Assembly (NCBI RefSeq): GCF_000143415.4
Contig: NW_003314286.1
Location: 511,766 to 575,765, forward strand
Direction of reading: 5' to 3'
Source of the DNA: Selaginella moellendorffii
Taxonomy: Eukaryota > Plantae > Lycopodiophyta
Length of the DNA stretch: 64,000 nt
Part shown: piece after piece, positions 60,012 through 64,000 of the stretch
How positions within the stretch are numbered: the first letter of the stretch is position 1
How the letters are laid out: every line of letters starts with the position of its first letter
Position numbers and translations under genes: made by a program
The notes under the pieces: model-generated
Told to the model about the DNA's origin: nothing
The model's input: the letters and a program-made list of their open reading frames with translations, nothing else
Databases searched by the model: none

Positions 60012-63000
60012 ATGGCCTTCAGGGTTGGGGAAAAGGTTTACATTTTGAATGGTGGGAAGAGAGTTGCAAAAGGGACCCTTGTGTCTATGGATCGGAACTT
60101 TGTTATACACTGTGAAAGGCTTGGGGAAGGCAATGCTGCTGTATCAGTAGAGACTGTCTTCGATGGGAATGTGGTCGCTATTGAACGAGGAGAGATGGTC
60201 GTCGGGGTAAATGTTGTTGTTGCCTTGAAAAATCTTCAGAAGAAAGCAGATGTTGGGGACAGCGCAAGTGCGACGCATGTTCCCTCCGTGGATCTTAAGA
60301 ACCGTGCTACATGGATTCAGGCAAAAGTGTTTCTAAACAACCCCGAGGGGGAGGTGGTAGCTGAGGGCTTAGCCACAGTTGTCGATCCAAGAGATGCGGT
60401 TGCTAATCAAGAATTGGGCTGGGATGATATTGGAGTTGCGATTTTAGAGGTTGTTGACACAGAAGAAAACAGTCTGACTATTGGAAGCATTGTGCGGTGG
60501 AAATTGAGGCACTTAGTGTTTGAGAATGTGAAGGATTCACAATCAAACACCACTACAACTGATGACAGAACATCTCTTCATGGGAAAAGAAAGTACACCT
60601 TCCTAAAGCGCAGCCAAAGGGATCTGAGCAACGAACCGAAAAGGCAGAAAATGGCGATGGAGGTTCGAATGGTCTCGACAGTTGCTTGTTGCAAGAGGAG
60701 GTGCTGTCAACATGCTGATTGGGATGCTATTGAAGAGGAGAGAGCAAGATACAAGACATTGTCCTGGAAGGCAGCTCGCAATTTTGTGTATGAGGCATTA
60801 CGGTCATCTGTTGATGCTTCAGAACATCAGGTGGGGGGCATGGTCTTCCAGAGGGGTTTGGTCTGCATGAAGGCATGGAAAATCATTTATGGAGTCCCTC
60901 GAAGCACATTCTACAGAATCAAAACTGAGTTCGAGGAACAAAGGGTTCAACAGGCAGTCCATGGGAACGACGGTACGCACAAAACCAGGGGTCATGTTGT
61001 ATATGGAGAGGCAATCTTCAAGAGGTTTGTCGAGACATGTAGCGAGCAGCAACCACATAAAACCCGCCTCTTGGAAGATGGAACACGAGACACCCAACGA
61101 GTTCTCCCTTCCATGTATACCAAGGGGGCCATAATGGAAGATGTGAATCGGGAACTCCAGAGTAATGGCTACAGGAAGCTGAGCCAATCTAGATTTAGTA
61201 GATTGTGGAGCAACAGGTTCAGGGATGTGAGTATAGGAAAGTACTCCAGCTTTTCAAAGTGTGACGAGTGCACTGCTATCAAAATGGCTTTGTCGAAGAA
61301 TTCTTGCAGCGCTCAAGAGCGAGAGACGTTGGTTAGAAGGCGGCTCGACCACAACATCGAGCAGAGAAGCTGCAGGACTGCATATTATCATAACAGGATT
61401 CTCTCCATGGAGAGACCTGACTCTTACCTCTGCATCATCCACGACAAAATGGACCAGAAAAAGACGTGCTTACCTCGACTCAATCCTGCCCCCAAGGCAA
61501 TCTCTTCATCCATGCAGCTGCCTGTGTCTCTGTTTGGCATAATCGCTCATGGGCATGGTGCCCAGAACTATGGGAACTTCTTTGTACCTCTATGGGGTGG
61601 CGGGGGTGCAAACATGATGATTGCGTCCCTAGCAAAACACTTAAGGTCTCTGCAAAGTGCGCAGACTGAGCTGAACGGCCAACCCTTGCATAAGGCCCTT
61701 GTCGATCGAACCCCATACAGGGTTCAGCTGGAGGAGGAGCAAAGGCTTGCAGTATCGCGTGGGGCCCCATGCCATCCCAGTGAATATGTTGGCCGTCAGA
61801 TTGTAGGGTTATCACGTGAGGCCTCATGCCATTCCGACGAGGCTGGTCGCCCGGTGAATGCACAGCCTCATCCAAACGAAGCAGAATCTCAAGGAAGTTC
61901 TTGCGGCCGATGTGGCCTTCCACCCCATCTTCTGCTCCAAACAGACAATGCTGGCAGTGAGAACAAAAACATGTACGTCTTCGCGTACTTGGCGATGCTT
62001 GTTGCCAAAGGCATATTTGAAACGGTTACACTTGGCTTTCTCATGGTTGGGCACACTCATGAAGACGTCGATGCCATGTTCAGTCACCTGGCAGAGTCCC
62101 TCCGGCGATCCAATGTCCTCACCCTCCCACAACTCTACGATGAATTCCAAAATTGCATCAAAGGCACTGTTGAAGCTGCACTTCTGACAGAGGTTCCAGA
62201 CTTTAAGGGGTTTGTAAGAGGCTACATCAGGGATGGATCCGAAACGCTGATTGGCCACTCCAAGCCTCTTCAGTTTCATTTCAGCATGTGTGACGGTGCT
62301 CCAGTGATGAGGTACAAGATGAGAGAATGGGACACAGTGTGGCTGCCAGTGGACGGCATTGAACTCTTCAAGAGAGATCCCATAACTGGGGAACCTATGA
62401 TTCCTCAGGGTTCCCCACGGCCGATGCACCCGGATGGACTCAAAGACCAGGAAAGTATAGTGGCCGGGATTAGACAGCATATTGCCTTCTGGAAGAGGGG
62501 GTTGGTGTTTGGTGGAGAATCCTATTTTCAGAGGTGCAAGCCTTTGCTCGAATACTGGGAGAAGATTATATCTGCTATCCAAAATGGGCCGGTTGTATAT
62601 GAAGAATTGGAAGAGTCCTTTTGGCCAGAACCCAGAGCACCAGATAGTAGCGGAACAATGTCCTCTGGAAATGCAGTGACAGATAACGATGTTGAGGATC
62701 ACTATTGTGGGCCGAGGAACAAGAAGCCGGATTCAGCATTCAATCCAGTACAGGTCTGCAAAGGAATGGTCGTGCTTGTCAGACCCAGTAATAAAAAACA
62801 AATGATATGGGTGGGGCGCTGCATCACTGATGCAGAGGAGGACGCGGAAACTAACTCCTTCAATGTAACTGTGGAGTGGTTCAAGCCAAGTTCCGGATAT
62901 ACGAAGGATTGCCTAGAAAAGAGATGGGTGCTGAATCCAAGGGATCCCAGCATGAGCATATCGGTGGATAATGTTGTGCATGGTTGGATGCGGAAGCAGA

Positions 63001-63080
63001 GTGCCACCATCACCTTGCCAGACCATGCAAGAGATGCAGCAAGAGCATTCATAACTCGGGTTCAAGGTGAGATTCATTAA
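60012..63080 (+). CDS. Sola-like (DUF7869-type) DDD transposase, 1022 aa, with accessory N- and C-terminal domains
   Basis: HGN; FSKCDEC; IIHDKMDQ (D1); LQTDNAGSENKN (D2); FLMVGHTHEDVDAMFS (D3). Uninterrupted ORF within TIRs. The superfamily call rests on motif resemblance. Confidence 0.85.
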   Translation: MAFRVGEKVYILNGGKRVAKGTLVSMDRNFVIHCERLGEGNAAVSVETVFDGNVVAIERGEMVVGVNVVVALKNLQKKADVGDSASATHVPSVDLKNRATWIQAKVFLNNPEGEVVAEGLATVVDPRDAVANQELGWDDIGVAILEVVDTEENSLTIGSIVRWKLRHLVFENVKDSQSNTTTTDDRTSLHGKRKYTFLKRSQRDLSNEPKRQKMAMEVRMVSTVACCKRRCCQHADWDAIEEERARYKTLSWKAARNFVYEALRSSVDASEHQVGGMVFQRGLVCMKAWKIIYGVPRSTFYRIKTEFEEQRVQQAVHGNDGTHKTRGHVVYGEAIFKRFVETCSEQQPHKTRLLEDGTRDTQRVLPSMYTKGAIMEDVNRELQSNGYRKLSQSRFSRLWSNRFRDVSIGKYSSFSKCDECTAIKMALSKNSCSAQERETLVRRRLDHNIEQRSCRTAYYHNRILSMERPDSYLCIIHDKMDQKKTCLPRLNPAPKAISSSMQLPVSLFGIIAHGHGAQNYGNFFVPLWGGGGANMMIASLAKHLRSLQSAQTELNGQPLHKALVDRTPYRVQLEEEQRLAVSRGAPCHPSEYVGRQIVGLSREASCHSDEAGRPVNAQPHPNEAESQGSSCGRCGLPPHLLLQTDNAGSENKNMYVFAYLAMLVAKGIFETVTLGFLMVGHTHEDVDAMFSHLAESLRRSNVLTLPQLYDEFQNCIKGTVEAALLTEVPDFKGFVRGYIRDGSETLIGHSKPLQFHFSMCDGAPVMRYKMREWDTVWLPVDGIELFKRDPITGEPMIPQGSPRPMHPDGLKDQESIVAGIRQHIAFWKRGLVFGGESYFQRCKPLLEYWEKIISAIQNGPVVYEELEESFWPEPRAPDSSGTMSSGNAVTDNDVEDHYCGPRNKKPDSAFNPVQVCKGMVVLVRPSNKKQMIWVGRCITDAEEDAETNSFNVTVEWFKPSSGYTKDCLEKRWVLNPRDPSMSISVDNVVHGWMRKQSATITLPDHARDAARAFITRVQGEIH

Positions 63081-63368
63081 TATTCCTTTACAAAGTTTCT
63101 AATGTATTTTATTTCAAGGTGAACAATCCGAATCTGAATCACAGGAGGCTTGATATAGTGTGTGAGGTAAAACAAAGATGATGTGACATATGCATTTACC
63201 AATCACACGTGCATAAATCTAATAATATGGCGTGTGGCCCATATTAATGGCACATAAACCCATATTGTGGGCTTACGTGCTTTATGTACCATCATTCCCT
63301 TGCAGCGTGTGTGTTGGTTTCCTTTTATAACACAACGAACTCCATATTTTAGGGTGAAGAGCGTTCTC

Positions 63369-63626
63369 ATGGCAAGCACAAAATCTGTAAGTGAGGCAGA
63401 AAAGGAGACGGAGAAGGAGATAGGTGAAGATGTAGAATATATAAGTCTTCCAAACTCCCCGTACTATACTCCAGGTGATCATTTTTCTGAACAAACGGCA
63501 ACATTAACAACTATCGAGAACGCCCCAGTAACGTCAGAGACAACAATCCAAAGCAAAACAACTGACCCGGAGAAGGATGATAGTACCGCTGAGAGTACCA
63601 AAAAGGAGGTGTCCACTAGCGCTTAG
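63369..63626 (+). CDS. Small orphan ORF (85 aa) of the SLPxSPYYT family
   Basis: Copy of 49296-49553; homologous to 2575-2823. Confidence 0.6.
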   Translation: MASTKSVSEAEKETEKEIGEDVEYISLPNSPYYTPGDHFSEQTATLTTIENAPVTSETTIQSKTTDPEKDDSTAESTKKEVSTSA

Positions 63627-64000
63627 GCTTATAATGGCGTGTGCCCTCATGTCATTTACTTGATCACCAAATACCTTTTTCCCTTTGCACTAGTATATCT
63701 TAATACCGGTCTGAGAAATAGAATGGCATGTGCCCTCAGGCCTTTTACTAAATCACCTTTAAAAGAAATGCAAGCCTCTATGTCGTAAAAAAAAGGTACT
63801 AGAGAAATTCCTTAATAATATGAATGTTATTTAGTTTCATGAAAATACACTAAGGGTCAAATGAGTTAAATGACTTCTCCAGACTAGCAATGCCTCTTGC
63901 TACACCTTCACAATTAGATTCGTTAGAAAAAGATAACATTGAATAATATCTAAATGTTCTCACCATTAAGTTATATGTCTGGCTAATAGGAATGATGTTC

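Larger units (their letters stand above)
51086..64000. mobile_element. Sola-like TIR DNA transposon, copy 2, apparently intact; right end predicted ~280 bp beyond the window
   Basis: Left TIR, intact fusion gene, intact transposase and small ORF. Position 64000 aligns to 49927 of copy 1, whose TIR ends at 50211. Confidence 0.85.

Noticed and set aside
61824-62702. 292-aa antisense ORF within the transposase, open in both copies
   Set aside because: The copies are too similar for this to show selection, and there are no recognisable motifs.
51459-63745. Palindromic repeats as a CRISPR array or bacterial REP elements
   Set aside because: Spacing is irregular (tens of bases to kilobases), there are no cas genes, and the context is eukaryotic and intron-containing.

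Overview
Eukaryotic, repeat-dense plant DNA. The ~50-nt GT-AG introns, PLS-type PPR fragments and CCCTAAA repeats suggest a Selaginella-like lycophyte (inference). Left to right: (i) nested minus-strand Ty3/Gypsy remnants, one with its gag split by an ~11.4 kb Mutator-like (MULE) DNA transposon (2243-13660) that has short TIRs and a target-site duplication; (ii) a tRNA-Ala(AGC) and a partly duplicated patchwork of gene fragments (His-rich/HMA-like, PPR, SMC6, Helitron Rep); (iii) a decayed non-chromovirus Gypsy element with a ~3.2 kb fold-back inverted duplication; (iv) two tandem copies of an ~13 kb TIR transposon with a Sola-like (DUF7869-type) DDD transposase, the second apparently intact. 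Main result: both unrelated DNA transposons carry, divergent from the transposase, an intron-containing gene with a ParB/Srx-like domain followed by a bacterial beta-class N6/N4 DNA-methyltransferase-like domain. In the Sola-like element this gene can be spliced in frame into an FCP1/NIF-like HAD domain (~1,600 aa). That element is studded with 20 or more copies of a 22-bp palindrome, ATGGCRTG-N6-CAYGCCAT, mostly in introns and intergenic DNA. Both elements also share a small orphan ORF. Together this suggests a candidate transposon-borne ParB/parS-like epigenetic (anti-silencing or self-marking) module. All domain calls come from reading motifs by eye; no searches were run.
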